Assembly (NCBI GenBank): GCA_036172245.1
Contig: JAYWIR010000032.1
Location: forward strand, 62,001 to 126,000
DNA from: Raillietiella orientalis
Taxonomy: Eukaryota
Reading direction: 5' to 3'
Length of the DNA stretch: 64,000 bases
Each line of letters starts with the position of its first letter. Within the stretch, counting starts at the first letter, position 1. The notes beneath the pieces were generated by a model, which searched no databases, was not told the origin of the DNA, and saw only the letters and a list, made by a program, of their open reading frames with translations. Shown piece after piece: positions 1 through 14,334 of this stretch. Both the position numbers and the translations under genes were made by a program.

Positions 1-1129
1 GCCCACATCTGAAGAAGTTTAGCACATCATGAAAACCACAATGTGCTATACTTAGTGATGTCAAGAGGTTAACACCGCTATTTAAATCCGCCTATGGATT
101 GCAGCAGGAAGGATTTGCCGCTGCTCTCTCCAAAGAGTCTCAGTAATTTCAGACTCTCGGGATCTGTCACTTCACTGGGGGTTAATACTCCCCCTCTTCC
201 ATTCTTTTGTTAACGATGTGATCATATCCATTTTGGACCATTTTTCTTTTATAAGTGGATTCGAAACTGTTTTCTCATGTACTCATTCTTTTGATGCAAT
301 TAATGCTGCTAATTGCTCATCCATTTTAAAACGGGAGAAATTAATTAGTAAGGACGTCGGTGGTTGGCATGTGGATGCACTCGTCGTTTGAGATAGAGCG
401 AATTTTCCCTCTCAGATGTTCGTTTCCTCGGCATCACTCTTTTATTCCTCTGGCATGCACACCTCCTCAAAAGTTCCGCTAATCGTAGTTTCATTTCACC
501 TTAGAAGTCTTGTACATTTTATTTCAACGGTGACAAGAAATAAAGAAACAGAGAACAGAGCAGATCAAGGAAGATTTCGCACGAGACATCTGCACGTGAA
601 AACTAGAAGATTTCTGCAAGAAGCCGTTCCTAAAACCCTCAGTTGCTAATAACGAGAGAGCAACAATACAACCGAATTTTTTCAACATGTTGGCTTAAAG
701 TGATCTCTCTACGGAATCTGTACAGGTGCATCGTGAATCAGAAATCTTTTCTATGCCATGGAAACTCACTGTGTACAAAGCAACAACAACCCAGGTGTTC
801 ACGGCGAAGTCGTACTTACGAGACGTACAACATGCGATGTTTCGCGTGTTCGAACGAATGACCACCTGTGTGTGTTCTTCTTGAAAGCTAGCTACCGTGG
901 ACCACGTCCCGTACTTCTGTTTAATAGGGAATCAAGCTGACCTGCACACGGTTCCCCTCTTGCCGAAACCCATCCCTGAAAGTGTTTCAAAACCAAAGGT
1001 AATTCAAGTGGAACACCGAAATCAAGGAGCGGGTGTTCGCTCCTTGGTTTCGGAGGCATTTTGGTGTATCCGGGTTGCGGTGAACGCGAAAATCGGCATA
1101 GGGAAACATGGTGGTTCGCTGCATGGTGG

Positions 1130-1600
1130 TTTCCAACGCCTGTCGGGCCCCAACGATGACACGGATGCCTTAGCTGCAATGCCTCTCCCGTCGAGAGGCC
1201 TCTCGGCGCGAAGAACCGCCGCAGCACATCTCGGTCGGTGTCCTTCTGGTGCAGCAGCGCTGCTGCCAGCCTCCGCTACAGTTTCTAAAGGGCACCGCAG
1301 TCTATAAGCATTTGCGGAAGGATCGATTTCGTCGACCTGCACCTGGCACAGTTCAAGGATGCCACCCTTTCGGAATCTTGGTACCGTTGCTTGTTACACT
1401 GGAATCTCCAGTGGATGAAGAGTAGTACAGCCAGCTCCCAGGACAGATAGAACAATGAGCAGTCCAAACAATAGGGATGGACCTATTGTCGACACAAGTT
1501 CTTCAGGAACAACACTCAAAAGATCGGCCCACCGAAGGAGCCCCTTCGCCACAGAATGCGGAGTGGCAGCATCCACCAACTGACGCGTCTTCCAGGCACC
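1130..1600 (-). mobile_element. Old 3' fragment of an L1/Tx1-like ORF2 (C-terminal region with zinc finger)
   Basis: Minus-strand peptides VDAATPHSVAKGLLRWADLLSVVPEEL and VLLFIHWRFQCNKQR...VASLNCARC match the ORF2 C-terminus of the younger elements in this window (e.g. ADAATPRATPKGLLRWGEALGVAPEEL; LLFLHWGLRYNDQR...VASPYC at ~50.3-50.5 kb). Boundaries approximate. Confidence 0.75.
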
Positions 1601-1664
1601 GAGGGGTGTTGCATTCCCCTCTATGGTGCAGGAAAACTCCTACCTCGCCTCCTACCTCGGAGAA

Positions 1665-1850
1665 TTTAATATAATTATTATATTACATGCCAGGTATAAA
1701 ATTAATATTTTATTATAATAAATAATTTATGTATTTAAATATTTTTATGTTACATTATATATAACATGCATGTATAAGAAAAGATGTTATATATAACAAT
1801 ATATATTTATATATACGTGCATATATATATTTATATAAATATATAACCGT
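1665..1850. repeat. AT-rich low-complexity / degenerate (TA)n tract
   Basis: Almost pure A/T with TATATA runs. Confidence 0.85.
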
Positions 1851-1949
1851 ACCAACTAAATGCTGTCATCTCTTGCCCTGTAGGCAAACAGCGCTGCAAC
1901 GAGGGGTGTAGCGGCCAGAGTGGAACACTTCATCGCATCACCACTTCCA

Positions 1950-3960
1950 GAGGTCGTGGCAACAGAGGTGTTGAGGGGGGTTAAGATCTTAAGGAAATAT
2001 TTACTGGAATGCAGACTAGGATTCAACAGCCTCCTTCCGCCAGGCGTTGAATTTCATTGGGCGGCAGGAGATATCCCGACGGGTTTCCACTGGAGAGGCG
2101 AGTTGCCTCATGGAGAAGTCGAACCCTTGCATCCTGTGCGGGAACTCGGCAGCTAAGAGAGCAGTCCTTCGCTAAAGGTGAACGGAAGTAGGCATACTAT
2201 AAAGTCGCTTTCTCCCATGAATATCTATCAACGACCTTGGAAGTGGCATGACAGAAGGAGGAAAGCCACGCAGTAAGGATCGACTCTTCACTTCGCCTCT
2301 AAAAGAGTTCCTAAAACAGTTTGGACCTCCGTCTTAGGCTTCCAGAGATCTTGGGATGCAGTGGAAGACGGAGCGTAGAAAAAGCTGAAAATTACCATGG
2401 AAAAGTGCTGGGGTAGAAGGGAAGTAGCGCCTTTGCTCAAGCGTTCAGTACAACCGGAATGTAGATCAGGAGCGCAGGATGAGTCATAGCCCGCAAGAAA
2501 GAGAACGATTAGGAATCTCAAGATGAGCTCAAGAACACTGAGAGTCTGAGAAGATGGTGCAAACTCTCTCACTTTTGCCTGCTCTTAACTTGCATGTGAT
2601 GGAATCGCCCGTCCAGGGTAGGAAAATGGAAGCGTTTCCTATCTCTTCGTCACGAGAGGATGCGCCGAGAGGACAAAAGCACTGCATGCTCGTGACCTCC
2701 GAAGAACTGTTGCGAGTCTCGAGGAAGATGTGTTCGATGGATACAGTGTTTCGTTGGTGGCCGAAGATGACGACAGTGATCTTCGGCCACGCGAAGCAGA
2801 TTGCGTCCATCCGAGTTCCACGGTGCATAGCTCCAGTACAGCATGACTCCCTTCTTGCACCGGGAGCCCTGGAGAGGTTCAAGGAGCAGCCATGTCTCAA
2901 GAGGATCGGTGTCTTCATTGGTGTTGCGGGGGGGGAAGCACCCTAGCTATAGTGATAGACTGAGTTGGAGCTCAGAGGGATTGAAAGTGTCCCTCTCTAG
3001 TATCCTCTTTCACCCGGAGGCAGCCTTCACTGCGAGGGTCTCTCCCCTTCAGTGGTGATCGCAAGTTGGTGTTTCATCCACGAACTCGCATTGTTCCATT
3101 TGGCCATGGAACCTCGCTGTTGTGGGCGCACAATTATTAAACTAAAACAACCTAACCTCCAAGGAGCATTGCGTTCACCCCTTCTGGATCGCCCGACAGG
3201 GACGCTGCTGCCGAAATGGATCACAGCATCAGGTTAAAGATCACTCGAACTTGGTGATGCCCTTCAGTTTTCCCTCCTTTCAGGTGAAACTGCAATTTTG
3301 TTTTTATCATCCCACTGAGCCATGCCTCAGCATACCCCAGTCTTTGTTGCTTGATGATCGTTGTTTCTCATATCTGAAGAAACGACCTTTCGGTTATCGG
3401 ATGCTACAGCAGACTGAACACGAGGTCACGGGCAGAAAGGCGTTGAGGAAGAAGCCAGAGGGCGATCAAGGGGACTCCAGACACTTGGAAGTGCGCAAAT
3501 GTTTCACAGCTACCGACATGCAACGATGGCTTTACGGGGAGGGATTCGTCGATACCAGAAAAGCACGGAGATCTTGATGCGCAAGTTGTCTTTCTCGAAA
3601 AAGTGCGAAAATCCAAGAGCAGACCCCTATTGTCCGGAGTTCGAGTAGTGCTTTCTCTCCAAAGAGTCAGCGTGATAGGTATGGCCGGCCTCTCCGAAGA
3701 CGTTAATCCTTGGCACCGTCCATGCCAAGAGCCCGACCAGCGTACCGAAGGATGCGCAGCAAGCCCATCTCATCCTCTGTACGAACCCCCTGTGAATCAG
3801 ATGAATGTTGCTCTTCCTTGTGAAGTCTAGCCACATCAGCAATGTCTACTTTCGTCCAGAATATGATACGTCCCTCATACGTCGAAGAATGACCCTGTGC
3901 AGGGATCTCTCGCTCGTTCGGACGAAGGCAGGAGTCCCTATACAAAATTTCCTATGCTGG
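1950..3960 (-). mobile_element. Possible highly degraded DIRS-like (tyrosine recombinase) retrotransposon relic
   Basis: Fragmentary minus-strand peptides in DIRS order: RT-like (LRRM..GRII..LDE, ~3.86-3.89 kb), DPEGVNAMLL (~3.17 kb), YR-like SAFVLSAHPLVTK (~2.66 kb) and FAPSSQTLSVLELILRFLIVLFLA (~2.5 kb). Many stops and frameshifts; recognised by eye only. Confidence 0.35.
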
Positions 3961-5559
3961 ACTTTAATGCTGTCCGTGGAAAGAGTGCACCTCGGTCATC
4001 GACCTCCTTCAAACTTCTGGTGTGCTAACAAGGAGGCGGGAGTATGTGCTGCTTTCGCGCCGAAGCGACCCGTTGACTGTTCCAGGGAAGCAGTCTCTGA
4101 GATGTTCTGAGGGAGGATTCATAGGGGAAGCGGCATCGAAACAGCTGTGAACGGAAAGTTGTCAATGAAGCTGCGAAAAAGCTGGGAGGCGCTTCTGCTT
4201 CCCTGGTCGCGAAGATCAAGTGAAACAACTACTGCTGCATTCCCAGGTTTTTGCCATCGTCGTGACGGAGGCAACTCCGAGGTCTGAAAACCTGCCCCAG
4301 GACAAGGTGTTGTGGTGTCGTTTTTCTCCATGTGCTGTTCTTTACTCACGGCTGGACGATTGATGTTTTCGTTTAGGCGTGGACACTGCTGAACACCACT
4401 GACCCACGCTCGGCAAGGCCCTCCGTATGCCTTGCATTCCATTCGCTCCCCGTCACCTTCCCCTACTTCAATGGAACGTGTGTGCTCCACCACCGAAAGC
4501 CTCACCTTCTCGTAAGAGCCCCAGCCCCGGACTCTCGCAAGATATCAAGCCGCAAATCAGTGCTGATTGTGGCAGCTGACGAGTTTTTAATTAGCATTGG
4601 GTGGAAGAATGCTTCCATGTGAGGAAGGGTGATTGTTCCTTCCCCTGCATTTCGTGGTCTTTCATCATACTATTTGTTCGTGGGGGATTCCCCCACTCAC
4701 TTGTCAGACTCACGCTTTGTTGTTTTCGCACCTGTTCGGCGGCCCACGTTCAGGGTTCTTCGATCCAATCAAACTGCCTTTTCCCCTGGAGGGTCTCTTG
4801 CAAGAGCCTCCAAGCTGGCAATTCATTTCCAATATGCTTCCTGCCCATTTGCCGTCTCCTGCTCCCTTTTGCCACGCATCGCCATCTGAAGGTTGCCATG
4901 GCAACTGGAGGTAGATGGATATAACTTGCCTCACCCCAAAAAGGGAAAACTTCGGATAACTCGTTTGGTCGCTTTCGATCTGCACGGGTTGGTGCCTCGT
5001 ACGTACATGGGAGGTTTCTGGAGAGAGTGCGTTCTCCTGAATCGAACCCCTTGTTATGTGAGTTCTTTTTATTTGCTTCGAGGACTTGGAGACAGTGGTC
5101 ATCCATTGCTGCTGCGTTCTTGATTGCGGCAATCCACAACCGTTGTGGAAGTACTGTTTTGGAGGGAATACGTTTCAGGGTCCCAATAAAGAAGGATTTT
5201 TCTTTTGATTATTTTGCTTAAGTCGACCGGCGTCTTTCCGGTATCTCTGGAAGCCTTCGCAAGAGCTAATTCCAGCACGGAGCTTCCATCTTGGCATTTC
5301 ATTTGTTTTAGCTTATCTATCAATCATTTTTAATTTCTTTTTTTTCTGGGTGAATTTTCTCTTCCTTTCGGTAGATTTGAGGTCCTTCGGCCTGGTCGCA
5401 GGCATGGCAATTCAATCCCCGAAACAAGGAAGTTTTCTTAATCTTCCGGAGTTACCCCATTTCTCTGCAGCTTCCAGGAACAAGTGGACGCTTCCTTGGA
5501 ATTCCAAGCAAGGTCACTTGTTCTCTCCATGCAGCAGAACCTGCAAGCTAATTAACGTT

Positions 5560-6450
5560 CAAGATTATCAGCACCTCCTTCGCTCTCAGAAAAGAAAGGC
5601 TCTCGGAAAGCAGGCATTTTGTTTTTTACTCCTCTAAACTACGAAATAATGACAGGATCTGGGTTGAATTGCTGTCCCGGGAAGTCCCACACAGCATGGA
5701 AACTGGACGGATGAAGTCGTTCAAAGTGATCGCGAAACAGCCCGTACCGATAAGTGGGTTCCGAGGTCACAGCCTCCCTTGTCACGAACAGCCAAGTCGT
5801 TAATTAGAAGACATTTAAAAGAAATACGAACGTTTGGTATTAAAGGGAAACCCAGCTTGCGCTGGGCCGTGTTGTTCTGGAAGATGCACGGGACCTCTGC
5901 AGAACGACCTTCAGCCGATTTTCGGCTTCCCGACATCCAAGCAACAATCAGTGCATTTTTCTTTTTTCCTCACGTGCCCCCAAAGTCTCAGCAGCACCCA
6001 GAATCCCTTGACGATCTAATGCAACGACAGTTGGTTTTCGATTTCTACCCCGACGAGGTTGTGTTTGGGTAAGATCCATCCTGCAGCATGGATTTTGGAA
6101 GGAAATTGTGTGAAAGGCAGAATCGAACAAGTGTGGTACAATGGTATTAAAAAAAAAAAAAACAGCCCTTCCGGTTCCTGGAGCATCTTCCAATTCCTTC
6201 TTACTTTTAGATGGTGTGGTTGTTGCAGCTGCAAATGGCCAGATTGCCTAAAGAGAAAAAACAAATTGGTATCTCGGTGATGCTCTTATTTACTTCAATG
6301 AACGAAACTCAGCAACCGAAGATTTCTTTTATACCAGGGATGGAAGCGACAAAGCTTCATTTTTCTCAGCTTCCCTTCTCAAAGATAAGGACCACAGTTC
6401 TCCTATTCAATCACCAAAGGAAAATTTTCCTTCATCTCCACCGCACCAGA
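5560..6450 (-). mobile_element. Very old non-LTR retrotransposon RT relic
   Basis: Degenerate motifs in RT order on the minus strand: TVVLIFEKG (~6.39 kb), LFDSAFHTIS (~6.11 kb, KAFD-like), GCDLGTHLS (~5.76 kb, QG-like), GADNL (~5.57 kb, YADD-like). Confidence 0.4.
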
Positions 6451-9400
6451 TCTTTCTTGTGTGACGTCAATTTATTGAGTTTTCGTAAGCTGGAAGAATT
6501 TGTGGAGTTGATCAACTTTTGGAAATTGAACTGTTTCTTGCTCGGGCATTTTCGGTGAGATTAGCACCGCATCAGCATCAGACTTGGAAACCGTTATAAT
6601 ACTTGGACGTTTCCTTTATCTCTCCTCCTAAACTATGGTGATTAAAGCGCCTTCAGTCTTCCAGATGGGATGTCTTCCGCTCTGCTTTCCTTTCTTTTTT
6701 TAATTAAAGCTTTGAGCTTCATCTGAGAGTCGCAGGATTTTAGTATTTGTAAAAATACATAACTTTGGACACAGTATGATCCACCCATCATCATTTATTC
6801 TTAACTTTCATGGAATGCTCCCTCCGTCGGGATGTCGGTCGGGCATTCTTCCTGCTTTTGGAATACTTCTGATCCTCATCTCGTGTGAGCGCTCCCTCTC
6901 TGATTTGCACCCGAATCTTTGCTTGCTTGCTGTGATCTTGGACTCGTCGTTCAGCGGTAGAATGCGGACATCTCCGGAGATGATCTCTTCGAAAGAGCAA
7001 ATCACGCGAAAGCATCTCCGAAACAAGGAGAGCGCATCTGGAGATCAAGGCTCCGAAGAAGCGCCTGTTATGTCGTCGAAAGATTACTCTCTTTTCAAGA
7101 GACCGGCATCTCCTCCGAGATGCGCTTTGATTTTTCCAGCACTGTTGACCATACTGTGATCTTTCCAGTGGTTTACGGTTTGGAATTCTGTTGGAACCAA
7201 GGAACTGCCCTGTTAAAAGAGTTCGAATCAACGACTTAGCTATTAAAGAGCTGTTGGGAATGATTTAAAGGCAAAGTGGCGCAATCGACTCTCCAGCAGA
7301 CTCTCTTCAGAACAAAATACATGAAGACGTAAACTCCTAAGAGGAAAAGCGCTTTTTGTTTTTAGCAGCACACAGAAGGCATGCAACTCTCTCCGATTTT
7401 TCCATGCACGGAAGACAACGTGCTTTATGCAAAATTCACTGCGTTGTTTCCCAGAGATCTTCCGAGGGATCTGGAAAGCACATCGTCCTCAGAGCTTTCT
7501 CGGGTTCTACTCTGCCAGCTGCAATCTGGTGCACTGGTTCTCTCGATCAGCCTCCGGAAAAGCGAGCTCGTGAGTAGGCATTCTTTGGGCATTTCAGTTC
7601 AAGGACTTTCTCCGTAATCCTGTTGCGAGGATCCTAATTTAATGATAGTACTTATTCGAGCTTACTGTACCACTTTCGATCTATCCTCAGTGGGTTAAAA
7701 TAGAGCTTGCTCTTTCTACTGTCTTCAATTTGTATTTTTATTTCGATCCGCCCTTGCTATCAGCTCCGTAGGGCACGTGAGTTGTCAATGCAACATCCTC
7801 GTCTCTGGAGAGCTGTGTTTCTTGTCAGCTGGTAGTCTGCACTCTTTTTGTGGATGCTGAGTTTAGTGTTTCGAATCCTTCGTTGCTATGGTGCTGCCTG
7901 TTCTCGATCGAATGCGGGGAGGGAAGTCCGCAAGACTTTCCTTCTAAGCATCGAGGAAGATTCCTTCCTATTCCCTTCCTTTCTTCGTCTTCCTTACTGA
8001 TAAAAGAGAAATTTCCATTCCGGTTCTTCCTGAAAGTCATTTTCCATTTTTCGGCACCACTTTTTTCCCCAAGGAAGTGCGCCATCTTCCAAATTAAGTT
8101 TCGCCTCTTTGCTAACTAATAGACTGCTTCCTCTAAGAAAGGCCACCACCAGCTGCTCAAGATGGGTCGTCCCGTTCCCCACTTTGCCCATTCCCAGGGA
8201 CTGATAATTTTTTAATTGGATTCTGCGAAGTTTCTTCGTAGTACTCTCCTTTTCACCCTAGTTTCGGCTCTTCGTATTCTGGCTCCCATTCGATCTATCT
8301 GATCCCAGGAATTCTTCTTCCCGGCTTCTTTTTTTCCCATCATGGTTGATTTTTTTTTTTTTTTCGAAATCGTTCTTTCGATGCAGAAACAGAAACATCT
8401 TTCATCCTCTCAACTGCACCGATGGATACGGAGTCATGCATCTTGGAAGCCTGGAAGAGAGAAAATGCTAAGTGGGAAAAGCTCAAACCGAGCTGTTTCA
8501 AAGTGGCCTTGGAACGGCGGTGTGTTTGCGAAACAGATGATGCAGTTCGAGCCATGTCGATGCGTGAAGACATACACAATACGATCAGCAAGAGGGGGAG
8601 AACAGCAGAATGGAGGATCCGAAATGACATCAATTAAAAATAGAACTGAGAATCTAACCAAACACCTTTCCATCTCCAGCTTGCGTGCTGAAAGCCATAC
8701 AGGTCGTGTGTTCCTGGGTACATCCAAACATGAAACCGGCTTGTTCCACTTGAGGAGGAGGGACAGGAATCCTGTTGCAAAGAGATGCAGATGGTTCTCT
8801 TCTCTCCACTTTTCTATTTAAAGACCTTAAATTTCTTTTTGTTTTTTTTTTCCCCTCCCCTTCCTCCTCTTTTTGCTGTTTCCCACTGCCTATTTGCCTG
8901 AGCAAGGAAAAGGTGCTGCAATATCTTTTGTTTCACGAGCTCCTTTCGGAGGGCCTTCGGGGCCGACAAGGACTCCTGTAGGTACCTCATTTTGCAGGCA
9001 CAAGAAATTCCAGAAACAAGAAAGCAGCATTTGAATGTATTTAGCAAATTTTGGTTAGAAAAAAAAGAATAGAATGGTATTACTGATAGGTCTAAAGACC
9101 ACGAGGTGATTTGAAATCCAACTTTATCCATCCATCTTGCTTTCCTTGACTACTTTTTTTTGTTTTTTTTTTCTTGTTTTCAAAATGGCATTCGAAAACG
9201 CTCTTTGAAAAATTCTCCAGATCACAGTAAGCAGTGACTATCACGGGGGAGCTGTGTGATGCCCCAACACGGGTTGCCGTGGGTCGTCCACACAATTGTG
9301 CATATCTGTGTCGTCGTGATTTTTCAAAATGCAAGTAAAAATCTGCCACATTGGTAGTGACTCCCGAAGAAATTGGAAGCTCATCTTGCGTACTTTATCT

Positions 9401-12400
9401 AAAATCCATAATTTTTTACTCCAGGAATGCTCTGGAATGACACGAAGGTGGCTATAATGTTTGCATGAATGTAAGAGAGCACTAATCACGGCACGAATTC
9501 GGAGGGGGGGATGGAAAATAGAATACAGATATTGCAGAAGAGAGTCCTTTATTCCGCCATTCGTATCTAAAATTGATGCGTGTCACAAGCAAATGCGGTG
9601 GAAACTCGCTTTCGGCTTCACTGCGGCCGATCTCATGCGCTCACGCCAGTCTCACCGAGGTCTGCCGAAGACACGTTACCAAGTAAACTTCTAATGCTCC
9701 AAGTTCCAAGAGCGTTTCAGGGAATTACGTGTGGTCCATGGGCTGCAAAGTTGGAATTTCCGCATACCGCGAATACTTCCCCAAATAACCACAGGGAATC
9801 CGAATGATCGTTCGAGGGGATGGAGAAACCTACAGTGATAACCTTACTGACACAGTGACCAGCGGAGAACCTGGCTGGATTTTTTTTTTTTTTTTTCATC
9901 TCAGTCACGGATCGATTTTCCAGGCGTCGCTGCAATGAACACTGAGAAGATGCGGGATGCTGGGACGGAAAGAAAAAAAATGAAGAAAATGTCGTTAGGT
10001 TGTGAAAGTGCTCGAGAGAAAGACGCGGTCCGTCGAGATTTGCATAATCACCCATTCGCAAAAATTCATGTAATGAACTTCACGATGTTCCGTACTTCGT
10101 TCTTGTCCGTGGCAGCAGCTGATCTGAAAGCGACGATCGCACATGAGAAATTTGGAAAGCAAATTAGCTGCATGCGATCGGCAACAGGGTGGTCACTTCG
10201 AAAGTTGAGGGAACGTTCTGCGAGCGGTCGAGGGGTTCAATTCGTCTTGAAAATTGTATGCGCGTGAGGCCCTTCAGTATCGTCTCGATCTGAGCTGACC
10301 ACGAGAGGCCTGCAAAGCACCAGTGGGAAACTGAAGGTGGCCTTCCTTATCGATAGATCATTTTGGATAACTGTTTCCTCGATGAGAAGAAAAAACAAGT
10401 TTGCTCCAACCCATCCCATAATGTCAGACCGTCCTGTCGACAGTAACCGACGAATGAAGAGACTCGTCTTCTTCGACGGCCCGCAAGACGAAACCAAGAT
10501 CGGTCACCCATGTGCACTCAGTATGTAGAAAAACCATGGGAGAATTAATTTCCCTGAAAGCGAAAAATGTCTTCCGCAGATGCTTGTGAACGCATTGCAG
10601 GGGATTCGTCCGATCGTCTGTTTGCACAGCTTGGATTCAGGGACCAGAGATGCTTTCGGCATTTTGTCTTCTGTTCATTCGAATGATGAATTTCCCCAGT
10701 CGTGTCGGAAGATGTGCATTTCTGTGCGCTCCAGGTCAGGAGGCCCCTGTGCAAGGCCCTACCATCGTAGGGGATCTTGAAGACCTCCTTCCTAGATGGC
10801 CACACCTAGGACAAAAGGGCACAGAACTTGCCAGCATCCTGGGCAGGATGCGGAGAACGTCTCCCAAGATCCCTTCCCAAGAAACATCCCTCCCTCCCCA
10901 TTTTTTTCCCCCCCCTTTCCGTTTGCTTTTTCGTGGTTTTCCCTACCCCTTCGCCGGCGGAGCGCACCTCGCCGCTCTGCGCACCGCTTTCCGGCAAGTC
11001 CTTCGCGCGTGGTACGACCACGTGTTCTACCACGAACACGCAAATCTTACGACTTTCATCATCATGATGATTTTTTTTTCGTAGTAAGCGTCCCGGAAAA
11101 TCCTGGTGGAAAACCATCGCGGAGGCAGAGGGAGGGATCGAGGTGGCAATTCACATTTGAGTACTTCCGGTGCGAAATGCGGCTTCATGCGAGAGCGCGG
11201 ACTCTTTAAGTACGACGGCATCTCTTCTTGGTTTTTTATTTGCCTTTGGCAGCTGCGTGCCGAGGGAAAGTTTAGTCGAAGGCAGCAGCCATTTGCTCCC
11301 ACTCCGACTCTCTAAATTTTCAATTTCAGTCGAACCCATTTTTACTCCCACTGGTAAATACCGTACGCCGCCGAGGCGGCTTCGCGCTTTGCATCCCGGA
11401 GAGCACATGCCTCCCTGTGTCTGGGGAGGGGGACCCACTTTCCGATCTTCACCCACGCCTGCAGATAGATGTCATTTTCACTGACGAAGTTCGGTAAAGC
11501 CCGAGATGCTCTGCGTGGTCCTGGTAAAGTCACACGCACCGTGCCGGGACCCGGGCCCTTCTAAACAGTAAGCACGTCCTCTCCTGCAAGTAGCCTTCGG
11601 CATCGAGTGCTTGGATTCGAGTGCTCGCATCCCTGATGGACCACCAACTCTTTAATGAGCTATCAAGCTGGATCGTCTCGCATGGGGTCGCCACAGCCCG
11701 TGGATCGCGGGCTGAGAGATCCACGTTCCCCACTCGCCTCCAATGCAGTGCGTCCCCACTGCTTTCTCGGGATGGTGGCGCGTGCTGCTGCTGGGGAACT
11801 TTGAAAGGGAATGCATCCTTTCTTCTTTCCCGTGTTCCCGTCCATTCCCTTGCTGCCATGCCGACTCTTTGGCGCTTGCACGGGGGGGGAGGAGGGGGGA
11901 TGCAAATCCTCCTAAAACCTCGTGTTCGATCCATGGCCGGGGATGGGGCAGTCGGGAGTGCCAGACGGGTTCCCTTGAACGAAAACAGGGAAATTTTTTT
12001 ATCCGGTGTGTGCGAAAGTTTGCATAAGTGCTGCTGCCGAATTACGCAGAGTTCATTATAATTGCTGTTTGTCGCTTTCTGCAGACTTATCATTGCAGAT
12101 GTACGTTTCCGTTCTCCCTCTCTCCTGACACAGCGGTCTCCCCATTCCTGTTCTCCCGTTCGTAGGGTGAAGGATGCGTGTGGCACAGAAAGCAACTGGG
12201 TTCGCGGCGTCGGAAGAGGAAGGCCAAACTTGTGCCCGCGCCTTCCGCCCTCCGCGCTCGCCAGGACCCATGCGGAGGATGCGGAGCCGACGCCATTGGT
12301 CCTCCGAGACGTTTCCAGGCAACGCTTTTTCTCTCGCTCCTCGTTAACGGGAAAGGAATGCTAGCGTGCCATCGAGTGCTCTGAAATTTTCGCAGTTTCC

Positions 12401-12524
12401 GAACGCTACCTTTCGGGCGACTCTCGAGTGGCACACCTCTTGAGCGCATGCTATTTTTGTTAATTCCTGTTTATCTTCTTTGCTCATGGCTGAGTAATCA
12501 AATTGCATGACATTACATTGATTT

Positions 12525-12526
<2 letters not shown>

Positions 12527-12565
<39 letters not shown>

Positions 12566-12591
12566 CGCGTTCGCAGAATGTGTGTGTGTGT
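12527..12591. repeat. (GT)n microsatellite, two runs
   Basis: gtgtgt runs at ~12527-12563 and ~12578-12591. Confidence 0.95.
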
Positions 12592-13902
12592 GCACGCTCT
12601 CTCCTTTGTGAATGCATAGAAAATTTTTCCGATAGTTCTTTTCGTGATATTTTTTCTTAGATATTCTATTTTAATGCTCCCTGATGTTTACCGCCTCAAA
12701 CACGAAAGATAAGTCCGTTGCTGCTGCAACTGTAAAGAGCAGTCTTAAAACCGCCAGCTGATTACGCAGCCTCTGACGTAAGGCCAACGGGCGTCCAGGA
12801 ACACCTGAAAGAGGTTTCCTTAGGAGGAAATTAATGTTCCCCACTTCTGGACAGTTTGCAAGGAAATCACCTGGAGCTTACGTTGCCATGCGAAACGCCA
12901 AAGCATCCCCTCCTGAGCTTCGCCTTCGGGGGTTTCGTATTCAGAAGGAACGCGCATCCTTACTGTCCGCTTTTTCAAATGCCCGCATAAAGTCCATTGT
13001 GGGAAGAATCGGATATGTGCACAATACATGGAGGATCGCCTCTGATCCTAGAACTCGTACGTACATGTCCGGTACGTACACTCGGACGCTTCGCACCGGC
13101 TGCACGTGTACACGCAGTGAGCGTGTCGTGCATGACAATGGGCGTGTACATTTGTACATTGTCCTCACACCGTAAAGTGCAGCAGCATGTGTGAATCATG
13201 GAGAAGGCATTAGAAGCGGCCTACGCAAATTTCTTCAGCCGACCGGCGCTGACGCTTCGTTTGAAATTTGTCAACGGAGCCCCCGCACGGTTCAGTCCGC
13301 ACGACCTCAAGCCGAAGGGGCAAATTTCAGAGCCGCATGTCGTCAGTTCAGGAAGTCCTTCTGCTCGGGTTGAGGAACCAAAACCGAAAGTGGACGGCAG
13401 GGACTAAACGGAAAGTATCGCGTCGTCACATCGCAGTGATGGGCTGCGATGATGAATGCTGATCAGATGGGACAGAGCATGGAGGAAAGGGGTGGGAGTT
13501 TGGATTCCCGGAACGAACGAGACCTAAGAGACAAGATCAGTACGTTCGTTCTTGTAGCATCTGCAGAACGCGGGCAGGTTCGCTGACTCATCTCGCGGGC
13601 AGGTCGCGGTGCTTCCTGCACCGGGAGATCGCGAGGGCAGCGAGCGGGCGAGACATAACAGTGGACGTTGAGGCTCGCTTGCTGCTCCAGAATCCTGGGT
13701 CTCCGGGCTCCCGCCTATCACAATCCGCGTCTCAACTAGTGCATTTGGAGTCCACGAGGGAACCCACCACGAAGGTAACATTCTTTCCCGCTCCTCATCT
13801 CTAACCCCATTGGCGTCAGAGAAGCCACAAATAGTCTCTGAACTCCAAGAAGAGCACCAGAAGAAGAGCAGCTGCAAGAAGATCGAAACGAAATGCGGAG
13901 GA

Positions 13903-14334
13903 TTCAAAGTGGATCTCCCACGTAATCCAAGTGAATCGTTGGTGAGTTCGGCTCTACAAAAGTCGTTCAGTGAAGAGAATTAATGGATCCCATATCTCTA
14001 GAGGATTCAAAGTGAATCTTGAGTGGACCGTCGAGGGTCCGAAGCGCATCTGACATATTTCCAAGATCTCAAGTGATCACGAGTGGATCTCTTACGGAAT
14101 TCAAGTGGATCGTCAGTGGATAGCTTGAAAATAGATAGAGGACTCCAACTGGATTGCAACTCTGGATTGCTTTTAGTGGATCCTCAGGGGATTTTAAGAT
14201 CAGTAACAGACTCAAAGTGGGTTTCAGGCGAACCACTAGCAGGTCGGAAATGGAGTGAACCCTCGGTGGGCCTCCACAGAAGTTCAAGTGCATCTTCGGC
14301 GCGTCACAGAGGATTTCAAGTGGATCCCAAGTGA
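13903..14334 (-). repeat. Degenerate 11-bp-period tandem array (reverse orientation of the 15.5-15.9 kb array)
   Basis: Units such as ttcaaagtgga, tcttgagtgga, tcacgagtgga, attcaagtgga, tcgtcagtgga, tttcaagtgga. Confidence 0.8.

Noticed and set aside
2757..2790. WWPKM integrase-like peptide and a 12-bp perfect inverted repeat
   Set aside because: WPK appears on both strands because of the palindrome; there are no HHCC or DDE motifs, and the hairpin is isolated with no further support
13050..13160. Cluster of GTAC/CGTACG palindromes
   Set aside because: Short, aperiodic, consistent with a decayed purine-pyrimidine microsatellite
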